Source of the DNA: Minisyncoccia bacterium
GTDB taxonomy: Bacteria > Patescibacteriota > Minisyncoccia > Phycocordibacterales > Phycocordibacteraceae
NCBI GenBank assembly: GCA_050011835.1
Contig: JBEKII010000001.1
Span: forward strand, 22,473 to 86,472
Direction of reading: 5' to 3'
Length of the DNA stretch: 64,000 nt
The stretch's first letter is position 1. Every line of letters starts with the position of its first letter. Made by a program: the position numbers and the translations under genes. Under the pieces are notes generated by a model, which saw only the letters and a program-made list of their open reading frames with translations, was not told the origin of the DNA and did no database searches. Positions 27,687 through 37,608 of the stretch are shown in pieces.

Positions 27687-28475
27687 CTAAGCTTTCTTCG
27701 CGGCCTTGGTCATCGCATCAAACCTGTTTTTCCAGTCATTGACCGCATGAGCAGCCCGCTTCTGAAGTTGATCAATGTGGGCGAAAATGTTGCGCACCTG
27801 TCGCTCGGTTACGTCATGCTCCTCGTACTTTTCGAGGAGGTTGCGAATGAGCGCACCGTTCTTATGGCTCAATGATGTATGAGTTTTTGTGAGATTCCTC
27901 TGAATCTCAGCAATACCCCCTACCGCCGACTTGCGACGTCCCGACAATTCTTTCTTGAGGCTCTCGTGCTCTACGCCGTGTATCTCGGCGGCTTTAGCAA
28001 CCGTAAGTCCGCCGTCGGTAACTGCTTCCTTGGCACGCAATAACTTCGCCCTTGAGACCTTGGATTGCACTTCATTAATATACCGCCGAGCCATTCCATG
28101 CGGAAGACAAAGCAATTCGCCGATACGTTTCTTCGCTTCACCGCGTTCGAGCAATAACATGATCGTATGCTCGGTATCTTGCTGGGTTGGTGGAAGCGAG
28201 CCGCCGAGATTTGCCTTGAATGCCGCAGCGATCAGTTCCGTCTCGTTGTGAATATCCACAACTTCAGCTTCAATCTCACTGATATTGTTCAGTTCATAGG
28301 CCTCAATCCTGTGCCGACCATCTATTATTTCATACTCGGGAGTGATTTTGATCGGGTCCAGTTTAATGCCATTTAGAATCAATTCGGCGAGAAACAGCGC
28401 GTGGTCTTGGTTCAGTGTCTTACGGACGAACAAGTTCGTTTTCAGATCCTTAATTTTAACCGTGACGATCTTCAT
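27687..28475 (-). CDS. ParB/Srx N-terminal domain protein
   Basis: PIKI...IIDGRHRIEAY...AN; HTH-like and coiled-coil C-terminus. Confidence 0.8.
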   Translation of the reverse strand: MKIVTVKIKDLKTNLFVRKTLNQDHALFLAELILNGIKLDPIKITPEYEIIDGRHRIEAYELNNISEIEAEVVDIHNETELIAAAFKANLGGSLPPTQQDTEHTIMLLLERGEAKKRIGELLCLPHGMARRYINEVQSKVSRAKLLRAKEAVTDGGLTVAKAAEIHGVEHESLKKELSGRRKSAVGGIAEIQRNLTKTHTSLSHKNGALIRNLLEKYEEHDVTERQVRNIFAHIDQLQKRAAHAVNDWKNRFDAMTKAAKKA

Positions 28476-28496
28476 GCTCTTTGCTCCTTTCTGATG

Positions 28497-28751
28497 CTAA
28501 TTAGTGTTGCTGTTTTCAGGCGGTTTTGTAAATCGTGCGTGTTTGGCGCGCCATCCGGCACTTTTCTCCCTCACTTGGGACAACACCACGCGCATTCCAG
28601 GCTCGGGCCAGTCCTCCTCCTGCCAAACTTCAGGGTTCAGCGAGAAAGTGACAGAGCCCATTTCTTGAGAATGTGCGACTGCATAAGGACCATACTTGCC
28701 GTTGTGAATAATTTTTCCAACGACAGCCTGGTATTCCTTGCCTTTTGTCAT
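28497..28751 (-). CDS. Small beta-rich hypothetical protein (OB-fold-like)
   Basis: GKYGPYAVA..SVTFSL..W..GWRA; TGATG coupling to upstream gene. Confidence 0.6.
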   Translation of the reverse strand: MTKGKEYQAVVGKIIHNGKYGPYAVAHSQEMGSVTFSLNPEVWQEEDWPEPGMRVVLSQVREKSAGWRAKHARFTKPPENSNTN

Positions 28752-29254
28752 CAGCCCTCTCCTTTCTGGAGAATTTTGTATCCACTCTTTCTTTTTTCCA
28801 GTTCCTCCTTTCTCCTTTTCCACTCGTTCCACATCTTTTGCCCCTTTTCCTCACTTGCGTTCCAATCACCTCGTAGAATTTCGTAAAGTTGCGAGGATGA
28901 AGCGTAACCGAGCAGAATGGTGGCTTGTTCGCCAGAAAGAAGTCCATATCCGACAAGTTCTGCAAAATTTCGCCGGACTTTTGGCATTCTTTCTAGCTCA
29001 ATTATGCGATAGCCGTTCATGTCGAGGAAGCACATCAATTTGATAAGTTCTTCCCCGATAGGGAACATTCCGGTGTTGTGTAGCCAACGAGTTACGGAAT
29101 GAATAGTAACTCCGCAAAAGTCGGCTATGGGTTTTTTGACCTGAGTGGCTCTCCGAGTACCTTTTGGTATACGTGAGTTAAAACTCATGCCAAAATGTTC
29201 GAGACACTCTTCAAAGTGGCCCCGAAATACCTCCTGTTTTTCTTCGTCATTCAC
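28751..29254 (-). CDS. HTH-containing hypothetical protein
   Basis: IADFCGVTIHSVTRWL; GTG start with AGGAGG. Confidence 0.65.
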   Translation of the reverse strand: MNDEEKQEVFRGHFEECLEHFGMSFNSRIPKGTRRATQVKKPIADFCGVTIHSVTRWLHNTGMFPIGEELIKLMCFLDMNGYRIIELERMPKVRRNFAELVGYGLLSGEQATILLGYASSSQLYEILRGDWNASEEKGQKMWNEWKRRKEELEKRKSGYKILQKGEG

Positions 29255-29419
29255 AATGAATTCCTCCTTTCTATAATTTGAATTTGTCAAAAATCAGTTT
29301 CAACCAAGAAAGCCTCCTCCTTGGTTATTCTTTTCTATCACAAAGAACATTTTGTGTCAATACTACGTACTATCAATTTTTTCTTGATTTTTCGGCATGG
29401 GGATAACCTCACTAGGACG

Positions 29420-29480
29420 AGTGGGGGGAAGTGGAATATAATAACCTGCTAGTGGGAAGAAGTGGAAATGGGAGTGGTGG
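29420..29480 (+). promoter_or_regulatory. MraZ-binding direct repeats
   Basis: Multiple AGTGG(G) boxes upstream of mraZ. Confidence 0.7.
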
Positions 29481-29511
29481 CCCATTTCTCCCTCTCACCC
29501 GCTTATTTTCC

Positions 29512-29940
29512 ATGTTTATTGGCGAATATTTGCACATCATTGACCCCAAGAATCGTATCTCGCTTCCGGCAAAGTTCCGGAAGGGTCTCGGCCGTGTCGT
29601 CGTTCTGACGCGCGGCCTTGACCATTGCCTCTTCGTCTATCCAAAAAGGACGTGGGAGAAAGAGGCGATTGCGCGAGCGGCGCATGCGAGCGGAACGGCG
29701 GCCGGCCGCGGACTCGCACGCCTGTTTCTCGCCGGGGCGATGGAGGCGGAGGTTGATGCCGCCGGGCGCGCGCTTATACCCGACCATTTGAAGAGTTTTG
29801 CCGGCCTTGGTTCAAAGGTGGTTATTGCCGGTGTCGCAAACCGAATAGAAATTTGGGACGAAGCGGCATGGCAGACGTACACAATTGCGATTGAACGAGA
29901 CGCTGATGCATTTGCCGAGAAACTCGGCAATGTTGATTGA
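29512..29940 (+). CDS. mraZ: Division/cell wall cluster repressor MraZ
   Basis: MFIGEY..IDPKNR, DAAGR, RIEIW. Confidence 0.95.
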   Translation: MFIGEYLHIIDPKNRISLPAKFRKGLGRVVVLTRGLDHCLFVYPKRTWEKEAIARAAHASGTAAGRGLARLFLAGAMEAEVDAAGRALIPDHLKSFAGLGSKVVIAGVANRIEIWDEAAWQTYTIAIERDADAFAEKLGNVD

Positions 29941-29941
29941 T

Positions 29942-30838
29942 ATGGAGATGCGCCACGAGAGCGTCCTCATGAATGAAGTGCTTGAGGCGCTTGATATGCA
30001 TTCGAACGATACTGTTGTTGACGCGACTATCGGCGGGGCAGGGCATTTCGCTGCATTACTTGCCGTCCTTGGCGGCGGCGGCGTTATTATCGGCATTGAT
30101 GCTGATCCCGCGGCGGTAGAACGCGGGCGTGAGGCCTATGCCCGCGACCGTCGGGCCGAGCGCCCGACCGCACATTTGGTGAATGATAATTTTCGCAATC
30201 TCGCGCGCATTCTTAAGCGGTTTAAGATCAGTCGGGTTAATAAAATACTTTTTGACCTTGGGTGGAGTGGATACCAGATCGCCGCGCCGCGCGGATTTTC
30301 TTTTCAGAATGAAGAACCGCTTCTTATGACCTATGGCGAGGAGGGGGAAACGGCGGCCGACATCGTTAATTCTTCTACCGAAAAAGCGCTTGCCTCCCTC
30401 ATCTCTGCTTATGGTGAGGAACGTTTCGCGCGCGGCATCGCGCGCGAAATCGTTAAGGCGCGTTCCAAAGGACGCATCCTCACGACGAGAGCGCTTGTCG
30501 CGGCCGTGTATGAGGGCACGCCGGCGTGGTATCACAAACGGAAAATTCACCCGGCGACAAAAACGTTCCAAGCGCTTCGCATCGCCGTGAATGATGAGCC
30601 TGGCGCGCTTCGTGATGGGCTTGCAGCCGCACTCGATGCTCTCACCCCAAACGGACGTCTTGCAGTTATTTCTTTTCATAGCATTGAAGACCGCGTCGTG
30701 AAGAACATATTGCGTGATGCCGCACGCGCAGGATTAGGAACACTCACGCCGAAGAGGCCGATTGTGGCGACGCGTGCGGAAATCCTCGCAAATCGCCGTG
30801 CGCGAAGCGCGAAGTTGCGCGTTTTTTCCTATGCGTAA
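29942..30838 (+). CDS. rsmH: 16S rRNA m4C1402 methyltransferase
   Basis: HESVL, DATIGGAGH, HPATKTFQALRIAVNDE, ISFHSIEDR. Confidence 0.95.
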   Translation: MEMRHESVLMNEVLEALDMHSNDTVVDATIGGAGHFAALLAVLGGGGVIIGIDADPAAVERGREAYARDRRAERPTAHLVNDNFRNLARILKRFKISRVNKILFDLGWSGYQIAAPRGFSFQNEEPLLMTYGEEGETAADIVNSSTEKALASLISAYGEERFARGIAREIVKARSKGRILTTRALVAAVYEGTPAWYHKRKIHPATKTFQALRIAVNDEPGALRDGLAAALDALTPNGRLAVISFHSIEDRVVKNILRDAARAGLGTLTPKRPIVATRAEILANRRARSAKLRVFSYA

Positions 30839-31130
30839 TTCTCGCTCCCGTTCTCATCTCCCGTTTTCTTTGACCACGTTTTGTTGTTGTGCCGTTGCGG
30901 TTCTTGCCGTCGCGTATCTCGGTCTCATCGCCATTGTTATGAGCTATGCGGCGCTTACGATTGAATTCTCGCAATCGGTTAAAAATGATGAAGCGGTAGT
31001 CGCGACGCTTGAACAGCAGTATCTCTCCATCGTGTCGCAAATTACCAATACCGATTATGCCGCCGCGGGATACGCGTTGCCTGTCGCGGAGATTTTCGTA
31101 CCGGCAAAGGATGTAACGGCGTTGCGCTAA
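30831..31130 (+). CDS. FtsL-like membrane protein
   Basis: TM plus coiled coil between rsmH and ftsI. Confidence 0.6.
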   Translation: MRNSRSRSHLPFSLTTFCCCAVAVLAVAYLGLIAIVMSYAALTIEFSQSVKNDEAVVATLEQQYLSIVSQITNTDYAAAGYALPVAEIFVPAKDVTALR

Positions 31131-31135
31131 CAAGT

Positions 31136-32878
31136 ATGCGCGCACAATTTCGCAGCCGCATTCGCCTCGTGCTCGCCTGCATCATCCTCGCCGCGCTGTG
31201 TATTATTATTCGCCTTTATTTCATCCAGATTGTACACGGGCAGGATTATGCGCAAAAGGCCGATCGGCAATTCGCCTCTGGCGAGAGCGACCTTTTTGAC
31301 CGCGGTTCAGTCTATTTTACCCAAAAGGACGGCACGCTTATCTCTGCGGCGACGCTCCAAACCGGTTTTCTGGTGGCGCTGAATCCGCAAACGCTTCAAA
31401 ACCCGGAAGCCGCTTACACAGCGATAAATTCTGTCGCTCCTTCCTCGTTTTCGCTTAGCCACGACGCATTTCTTGCCGCAGCGGCAAAAAAATCGCAAGT
31501 GTATATTGAAGTCGCGCACCATCTCTCTGATTCCGCGGGAACCGCGCTTTCCGCTCTTAACATTCCTGGCGTGCAAGTACTGCGCGAGCGATGGCGTTAT
31601 TATCCGGGCGGAACGCTTGCCGCGCAAACTATCGGTATCGTTTCCTACGGTTTGGGCGATGTGCTCGCGGGCCAGACCGGTCTTGAAGCAACGTACGATA
31701 GCACGCTTTCGCGCTCGGGCGATTCGCTCTACAAAAACTTCTTTGCGGAATTATTTTCTAACATCGGCAATCTGCTTGTTTCTCCGAAGGATGCGCGCGA
31801 AGGCGATATCGTAACGACGATTGAGCCCGAGGTTCAAATGCGGCTTGAGAGCGACATTGCGAAAGTAAATGAAAAGTATTCAAGCCAAGAATCGGGCGGT
31901 ATTATCATGGACCCGGCGACGGGCGCGATTTTTGCCATTGCAAGTTATCCGTCCTATGACGAAAATAATTTACAAAATGTTGACCCGACACTGCTCGGCA
32001 ATCCGCTGGTAGAGCAGGTGCATGAATTTGGCTCCATTATGAAGCCGATTACGATGACTTCGGCGCTTGATGCGGGCATCATCACGCCAGAGACAACATA
32101 TGACGACAAGGGCTGCATCACGGTGGATAAGCAAAACATTTGCAATTGGGATTCAAAGCCGCGGGGCGTTATTCCTATGCAGCAAATCATCATGCAGTCG
32201 CTGAACGTCGGCGCTGCGTGGATCGCCACTCAATTGGGGCAAGAAAAATTTCGTGATTATTTCACTAAAGTCTTCGGACAGAAAACGGGCATTGACTTGC
32301 CAAACGAAACCGGGGCATTGCTGGGGAATCTTTCCGAACCTGAACAGGTCGACTATGATACGGCGGCTTTCGGACAGGGCATTGCTGTTACGCCGATACA
32401 AATGATTCGAGCGCTTGGCGCGGTAGCGAACGGCGGCGTGATGGTAGAGCCGCACCTCGTGAGCGCGATACGCCTTGACTCGGGCATAACGCGCCAGCTT
32501 GATTGGAGCCAGAAAGTCCCGGTCTTTTCTGCGGTTACCGCGCGCGAAACGACCGTGATGATGGACGCGCTTGACGACGGCCCACTTGAAAATGGCCAGG
32601 CGAAAATCCCGACTATGACCGTAGCGGCAAAGACCGGCACTGCACAGCTCACTGATGGACATGGCGGTTATTCTACGACCCATTTTTTCCATTCCTTTGT
32701 CGGCTTCTTCCCCTCGTATAATCCGAGGTTTATTATTCTTCTCTACACGGACGACCCTCAGCATGTTGAGTTTGCGTCAGAGACGCTGGACACCACCTTC
32801 CTTGACCTGGTGCATTTTCTCATTGACTATTATGCCGTGCCGCCTGACCGTGGCTTCGCCACCACGACACCCTCATGA
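31136..32878 (+). CDS. ftsI: Penicillin-binding protein 3
   Basis: GSIMK, SLN, KTGTAQ; dcw position. Confidence 0.88.
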   Translation: MRAQFRSRIRLVLACIILAALCIIIRLYFIQIVHGQDYAQKADRQFASGESDLFDRGSVYFTQKDGTLISAATLQTGFLVALNPQTLQNPEAAYTAINSVAPSSFSLSHDAFLAAAAKKSQVYIEVAHHLSDSAGTALSALNIPGVQVLRERWRYYPGGTLAAQTIGIVSYGLGDVLAGQTGLEATYDSTLSRSGDSLYKNFFAELFSNIGNLLVSPKDAREGDIVTTIEPEVQMRLESDIAKVNEKYSSQESGGIIMDPATGAIFAIASYPSYDENNLQNVDPTLLGNPLVEQVHEFGSIMKPITMTSALDAGIITPETTYDDKGCITVDKQNICNWDSKPRGVIPMQQIIMQSLNVGAAWIATQLGQEKFRDYFTKVFGQKTGIDLPNETGALLGNLSEPEQVDYDTAAFGQGIAVTPIQMIRALGAVANGGVMVEPHLVSAIRLDSGITRQLDWSQKVPVFSAVTARETTVMMDALDDGPLENGQAKIPTMTVAAKTGTAQLTDGHGGYSTTHFFHSFVGFFPSYNPRFIILLYTDDPQHVEFASETLDTTFLDLVHFLIDYYAVPPDRGFATTTPS

Positions 32879-34164
32879 AAAAACTCTTTAAATCCATTAT
32901 CGCTTTTAAACTCGGGCTCTGCGCGCGAGCTGTCATACACCGCTATCAACCGCGCATTGTGATGGTGACCGGTTCGGTAGGGAAGACCTCAACAAAAGAT
33001 GCCGTCGCGGCAGTGCTCACCAAACGTTTTTCCGTCCGCAAGAGCGAGAAAAGCTTCAATAGCGAGTTCGGCGTGCCGTTTACAGTTCTGGGCGTAGAAA
33101 ATCCGTGGAATAATTTTTTTGCGTGGTTTTGGGTCGCGAAGAGTACGCTCGCGCTTCTCGTTTTGCCGAATCATTATCCGAATATGCTGGTGCTAGAAAC
33201 AGGAGCGGACCAGCCCGGCGATCTCGCGCGGATATTGCGCATCGCAACGCCGGATATGGTTGTCGTGACACGGTTGCCCGAGATTCCGGTACATGTGGAA
33301 GCCTATCCTTCTCCCGAAGCGGTACGAGAAGAAGAATTTTCTCCTGCCTATGCGCTCCGGGCCGAATCGCCGCTTATCATCCCGTCCGATGATTCGTACG
33401 CGCTTGATAGCGCGATGCGCACGCCGGCGCGCGTCATTTCCTACGGCGCTACGGATGACGCTTCTGTGCGCGTCAGCGATATTAATTTTTATGAAATTGA
33501 AGGAAGGGTTGCTGGTATGCAAGCGCGAGTGAATATGAAAAATGAGCAAGGAGAATTGCTCGTCAAGGGTTCGGTCGGGAAGACCCAACTTCTCCCGGCC
33601 ACGGCCGCGCTCGCCGCCGGGCTCGCCTCTGACATACCGCTTTCCGAAGCGCTTGAAGCACTTAAAGAGTACGAGCCGCCGCCCGGCCGCGGTCGTCTTC
33701 TCGCCGGGAAGAATGGCTCAATTATTATTGATGATTCTTATAATGCGTCTCCCGCGGCGGTTGAAGAATCTCTTGAAACTCTGAAAATATTTCCGTACGC
33801 GAGACGCCGCATTGCAGTCCTTGGCGACATGCTGGAGCTCGGGCGCTATTCGGTATTAGAGCACGAACGCATTGCCGCGCTCGCTGTTGATGCGGCCGAT
33901 GTCGTCGTAGCGGTTGGTATTCGCTCTCGGGTATTTGCCACGGCCGGCAGGGATGCTTCACCGAAACGCGCCGACGTTATGCTATTTGACGATTCCCGCG
34001 CCGCCGCGAGCGCTCTTCCCGCTATCGTCCGTGAAGGCGATGTGATTTTGATAAAGGGCTCTCAATCAATTCGCACCGAGCGAATTGTAGAATCGCTTCT
34101 CGCCAATCCTGTCGATGTCATTCATCTTGTCCGTCAAGAAAAAAGGTGGAAAGAAAAAGCATGA
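32875..34164 (+). CDS. murF: UDP-MurNAc-tripeptide--D-Ala-D-Ala ligase
   Basis: VTGSVGKTSTK, DDSYNASP, LGDMLELG, KGSQ. Confidence 0.92.
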   Translation: MKKLFKSIIAFKLGLCARAVIHRYQPRIVMVTGSVGKTSTKDAVAAVLTKRFSVRKSEKSFNSEFGVPFTVLGVENPWNNFFAWFWVAKSTLALLVLPNHYPNMLVLETGADQPGDLARILRIATPDMVVVTRLPEIPVHVEAYPSPEAVREEEFSPAYALRAESPLIIPSDDSYALDSAMRTPARVISYGATDDASVRVSDINFYEIEGRVAGMQARVNMKNEQGELLVKGSVGKTQLLPATAALAAGLASDIPLSEALEALKEYEPPPGRGRLLAGKNGSIIIDDSYNASPAAVEESLETLKIFPYARRRIAVLGDMLELGRYSVLEHERIAALAVDAADVVVAVGIRSRVFATAGRDASPKRADVMLFDDSRAAASALPAIVREGDVILIKGSQSIRTERIVESLLANPVDVIHLVRQEKRWKEKA

Positions 34165-34751
34165 AGAATCCTGATGTAGCGCGCACAGCAGCATTTATAC
34201 GTCTTTTACATTCTCTCCAATCGGTAGAACGAGTCGCCGCCATTTCAGATCTTTCCCGTCGAGAAAATGACGTGGAGCATTCTTATTTCCTTGTAATGGT
34301 GTGCTGGTATCTCTGTGACACTTTACAGCTCGATTATTCCAAAGAGAAAGTCTTTCGCTATGCATTGGTGCATGATTTGGTTGAGATATATTCAGGCGAT
34401 ACATTTTTTCTAGATGCTAAGGCACAAGAGACCAAAAAGGAACGAGAAGAAAGTGCTCGTGTCCGTATCGCAAACGAGTTCCCAGAATTTAAGGACTTAC
34501 ACGCGGCCATTAAGGCATATGAACATCGTAACGATCCAGAAGCTGGCTTTGTATACGCCATTGACAAAGTTCTTCCTTTTCTCATTAATTATATGCAAGG
34601 CGGATATATGTGGAAGGAAATGGGTGTTGCGCACGAGGATGATTATGCGAACAAGCGAGAGAAAATTGGTGAACAAAAAGAAGCGCGCGAACTGCTTGAA
34701 CAAATCATCGCTCTTATTGGAGACGATTGGGGGACATATTTTGTAGCGTGA
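34161..34751 (+). CDS. HD-domain phosphohydrolase (YfbR-like)
   Basis: ENDVEHSY, ALVHDLVEIYSGD, IDK. Confidence 0.85.
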   Translation: MKNPDVARTAAFIRLLHSLQSVERVAAISDLSRRENDVEHSYFLVMVCWYLCDTLQLDYSKEKVFRYALVHDLVEIYSGDTFFLDAKAQETKKEREESARVRIANEFPEFKDLHAAIKAYEHRNDPEAGFVYAIDKVLPFLINYMQGGYMWKEMGVAHEDDYANKREKIGEQKEARELLEQIIALIGDDWGTYFVA

Positions 34752-34792
34752 GTTTCATAAAACGAAACCCGGGTCGCCTTCGCTTCCCGGGT

Positions 34793-35260
34793 CTAGCTGA
34801 CCTCCACAACTTCTTCGGGGCAGATGAATGCTCTTTGTCCCTCACCATTTTTCCCGTTCGCCCTTCCAAACTTTACTTCAACCGGGACGAACGGCAGAAT
34901 AATTTCTAATACAATACCTCCGGCTTGGACCGAAAATTCCAGTCCAAGCTTTGCAAGATAAGTTTTTAAAATTTTATCTTGCTGAGCGGCGGGTCCCCAC
35001 AAGGGAAATAAAACTCTAACTCGCACATTTCCCCCCGTTATCTCCTCTATAAAAAGAGAGGTGGGAACAAGTTGTCCTTGTGTACGTCCATCTATTGGTG
35101 GCGAGATCAAAACTAGCTCTCGTTCCGCCGCGACGGTGGAAATAAAATCCTTCCAGGTTAATTTCTTCGGAAGGACCCCATCTACTGCTTCAACTATTCG
35201 CTGAAACAGTCGGTCACTCGTCAGGACGAGCGATCGTGTCTTTAACAATATGTTTTTCAT
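34793..35260 (-). CDS. Hypothetical protein
   Basis: SD AGGAGG before MKNILLK. Confidence 0.6.
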   Translation of the reverse strand: MKNILLKTRSLVLTSDRLFQRIVEAVDGVLPKKLTWKDFISTVAAERELVLISPPIDGRTQGQLVPTSLFIEEITGGNVRVRVLFPLWGPAAQQDKILKTYLAKLGLEFSVQAGGIVLEIILPFVPVEVKFGRANGKNGEGQRAFICPEEVVEVS

Positions 35261-35536
35261 CGCTCCTCCTTTCGTTACGTTTGGTGCATCTCCCGAAAGG
35301 GTTAACCAATTCACTCAATAAGTCAAGCCCTCCTATTAAAATAAAATGTGACCTCACAACCTGGCTTTCAGAACTCGTGCAGTGGCGGGAAGATATAACG
35401 GTTAGTATTCGAGAACTGGAGTCCCTCGCACTAGAAGTATAAAGGGCGTGCCCGGATTTCTCCGTGGGTCTGGATAAAAAACAAAACCCCGCCTATGTAA
35501 GCACGGGGCTTGTCTAGGCAGGGCTGAATGAACCAC

Positions 35537-36046
35537 TTACTCGGGAAGTTTGAATGGTGAGACGATAATCCGTGGCTCCACATAGACGGGCCGGACATCG
35601 GGTCCGTTCGGATCTTTGCACATGACCCATGTACCTTCAGCTGATGCCGGCGAGAAAAGCCCATTCGGATCAGCCTGGGCGATGACCGTTGTGTCGTGGT
35701 AAGTCGAACTATCAATGATAGGTCTTTGCGGATTGGTGAATTGAGTGGCATAGGGAATGCCATATCCAATTGATTGACAGAAGAACACTTTCTTCCCTTG
35801 CATTTCGTTCCACAAATAGGTGTACGTGACCAGGCCGGTTTGATCCCGGAGTTCATAGATGTCCTTCAGGAGCTTCTTCTCCCGAAAGTTTTTGATAGCT
35901 GGCATACCGATTTGCGCCGCACCCTCTTGTAGTATGCGCTCCTGCTGTTGTCGCTGAATCCGGTCGCTTGATGCTTGTTGCTCACAACCAGCAAGCAGAA
36001 ACGCTGTGATGACCAAGATAGCAGCAAAAACGATTCCTTTCTTCAT
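35537..36046 (-). CDS. Lipoprotein, hypothetical
   Basis: Lipobox LLAGC; GYGIPYATQFTNP, QADPNGLF. Confidence 0.8.
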   Translation of the reverse strand: MKKGIVFAAILVITAFLLAGCEQQASSDRIQRQQQERILQEGAAQIGMPAIKNFREKKLLKDIYELRDQTGLVTYTYLWNEMQGKKVFFCQSIGYGIPYATQFTNPQRPIIDSSTYHDTTVIAQADPNGLFSPASAEGTWVMCKDPNGPDVRPVYVEPRIIVSPFKLPE

Positions 36047-36068
36047 GGTTTTTCTCCTTTCTGTGGAT

Positions 36069-36422
36069 TTATCGCACGTTCATTTGTTCCTGTTTTAGCT
36101 TTGCAACGAAATCCCTCAGATCCATCGGTACGATCGGATCATTCAGATTGTATCCCGACGCGCGATGTAGGATGACGCTTGCGAGTGCGGCTCTTGCCTC
36201 TGGGTCTTTCGTTTTGGCATAGTCGAACTGCATATTCTGCAATTCTTGCACCATGCCCTGATTAAATGACCTCGTCTGCTCGAAGGTCTGACGCCGTACC
36301 TGTTCGTACTTCGGCGCAAAGACCTTGTACATGAAGAAGTCATTACCCTGGAACAGCCATCCAAGCCCCAATACTACAGCTAGGAAGAGAACCACGACAC
36401 CAACGACATGCGATCCTTTCAT
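36069..36422 (-). CDS. Membrane-anchored hypothetical protein
   Basis: N-terminal TM; SD AGGAGG; co-oriented with lipoprotein. Confidence 0.75.
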   Translation of the reverse strand: MKGSHVVGVVVLFLAVVLGLGWLFQGNDFFMYKVFAPKYEQVRRQTFEQTRSFNQGMVQELQNMQFDYAKTKDPEARAALASVILHRASGYNLNDPIVPMDLRDFVAKLKQEQMNVR

Positions 36423-36609
36423 TTTGAACCTCCTTTTCAGTATTTACAACACTTTTTAGGGCGTTGCTTTCAAACAACTTCCGAGAAAGAGCGTAGCAGA
36501 TTGCTCTATTTTTGTCAAGTGCCCCCACGATTTTCAAACCCGCCTACGTTCTGAATTATTTGTGGGGTAATTTGGAAAAACGTTGAAAAATAAAGCTAAC
36601 CTACCGAAA

Positions 36610-36681
36610 TGACCCTACAGAGAATCGAACTCTGATTGCCGCCTTGAGAAGGCGATGTCCTAGCCGTTAGACGATAGGGCC
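36610..36681 (-). tRNA. tRNA-Glu(CTC), CCA not encoded
   Basis: GGCCCTA/TAGGGTC acceptor, loop TTCTCAA, GTTCGATTC. Confidence 0.95.
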
Positions 36682-36778
36682 GTGAATGCTTTATAACAAA
36701 AAAAGAAGAGAAGGGGAAATAAAAAAGTGAAGCGCAGGGGAGCTGTGAGCTGCCCAGCGCATTGCACAAGGAGCAATT

Positions 36779-37084
36779 TTAATAATCTGGAAATTTCTGG
36801 TGGTCTATAGATTCTTTTGACCCAGCTTCGCGTAGTATTTTCGCGACCTTTCTCTTACTGCCGAACATTTGTTTTAGTGAATTTTTTTCAGGTTTTGAGA
36901 CAGGCGGCTTTTCATTATCAGCCATCGCTAGTGCCGGATTTTCTTCAAAGCGCTGACGCTCATGGGCAAGACGCGGGAATTTTTTCTCGGTTCGCTCGAT
37001 GATATTCTGCAGCGTTTCTTCTTTGTTGTTTTCAATGACAACCTTCCTGTTATTCATATCAAAACCCTCCTTGTTGTTCGGCAT
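36779..37084 (-). CDS. Hypothetical protein
   Basis: Hydrophilic ORF with upstream TTGACA. Confidence 0.55.
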   Translation of the reverse strand: MPNNKEGFDMNNRKVVIENNKEETLQNIIERTEKKFPRLAHERQRFEENPALAMADNEKPPVSKPEKNSLKQMFGSKRKVAKILREAGSKESIDHQKFPDY

Positions 37085-37126
37085 GACTAAAGTATGTCAA
37101 AAATGAAAACCATTTGTCAATGGCCA

Positions 37127-37585
37127 TTACTGCACGAGAAGGGAATCCACGACCGCCTTCACGTCGCCGCCATCGGCTTTTCCTTTCAATTCTTTCATCA
37201 ACGCGCCGGTAAATTTACCGGCTTCGGCCTTTGATGAGACGCCAAGCTCGGCCATTTTTGCTTTTGCAACAGTCATAATTTCCTCGCGGCTCATCTGGGT
37301 GGGGAGGTACGATTCAATAATAATGAGCTCGGCCTTTTCCGGCTCTGCGAGGTCATTGCGAGAGGCCTTTTCAAATTGTTCAATGGAATCCTTACGTTGA
37401 CTCGCAGCGCGCTTCAAGACAACAAGAGCCTCTTCGTCGGTCAATAATTCGTCGGGCTTACGCCTCTTGGCGACGACTTCGTTGGTCATCGCGGTTACTA
37501 AAGAGCGCAGGGTCCGCAGACGCACCTCATCTCGCGCGCGCAGCGCATCGGGGATAGATTTCTTCAAGGTTTCGTGAATAGTCAT
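37127..37585 (-). CDS. GatB/YqeY domain protein
   Basis: KQR-like SQRKDSIEQF, E..II.SYLP, KGKADG. Confidence 0.92.
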   Translation of the reverse strand: MTIHETLKKSIPDALRARDEVRLRTLRSLVTAMTNEVVAKRRKPDELLTDEEALVVLKRAASQRKDSIEQFEKASRNDLAEPEKAELIIIESYLPTQMSREEIMTVAKAKMAELGVSSKAEAGKFTGALMKELKGKADGGDVKAVVDSLLVQ

Positions 37586-37592
37586 AGAACAG

Positions 37593-37600
37593 AGTATACT
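37593..37600. promoter_or_regulatory. Palindromic bidirectional -10 box
   Basis: AGTATACT gives TATACT on both strands, 7-8 nt from divergent ATGs at 37585 and 37609. Confidence 0.7.
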
Positions 37601-37608
37601 ATAAGGAT

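Noticed and set aside
29420-29480. G-rich repeats as a novel element
   Set aside because: Explained by known MraZ operator boxes
35236-35480. Possible small ORF or RNA between accessory genes
   Set aside because: No credible start or strong structure; may be a gene remnant
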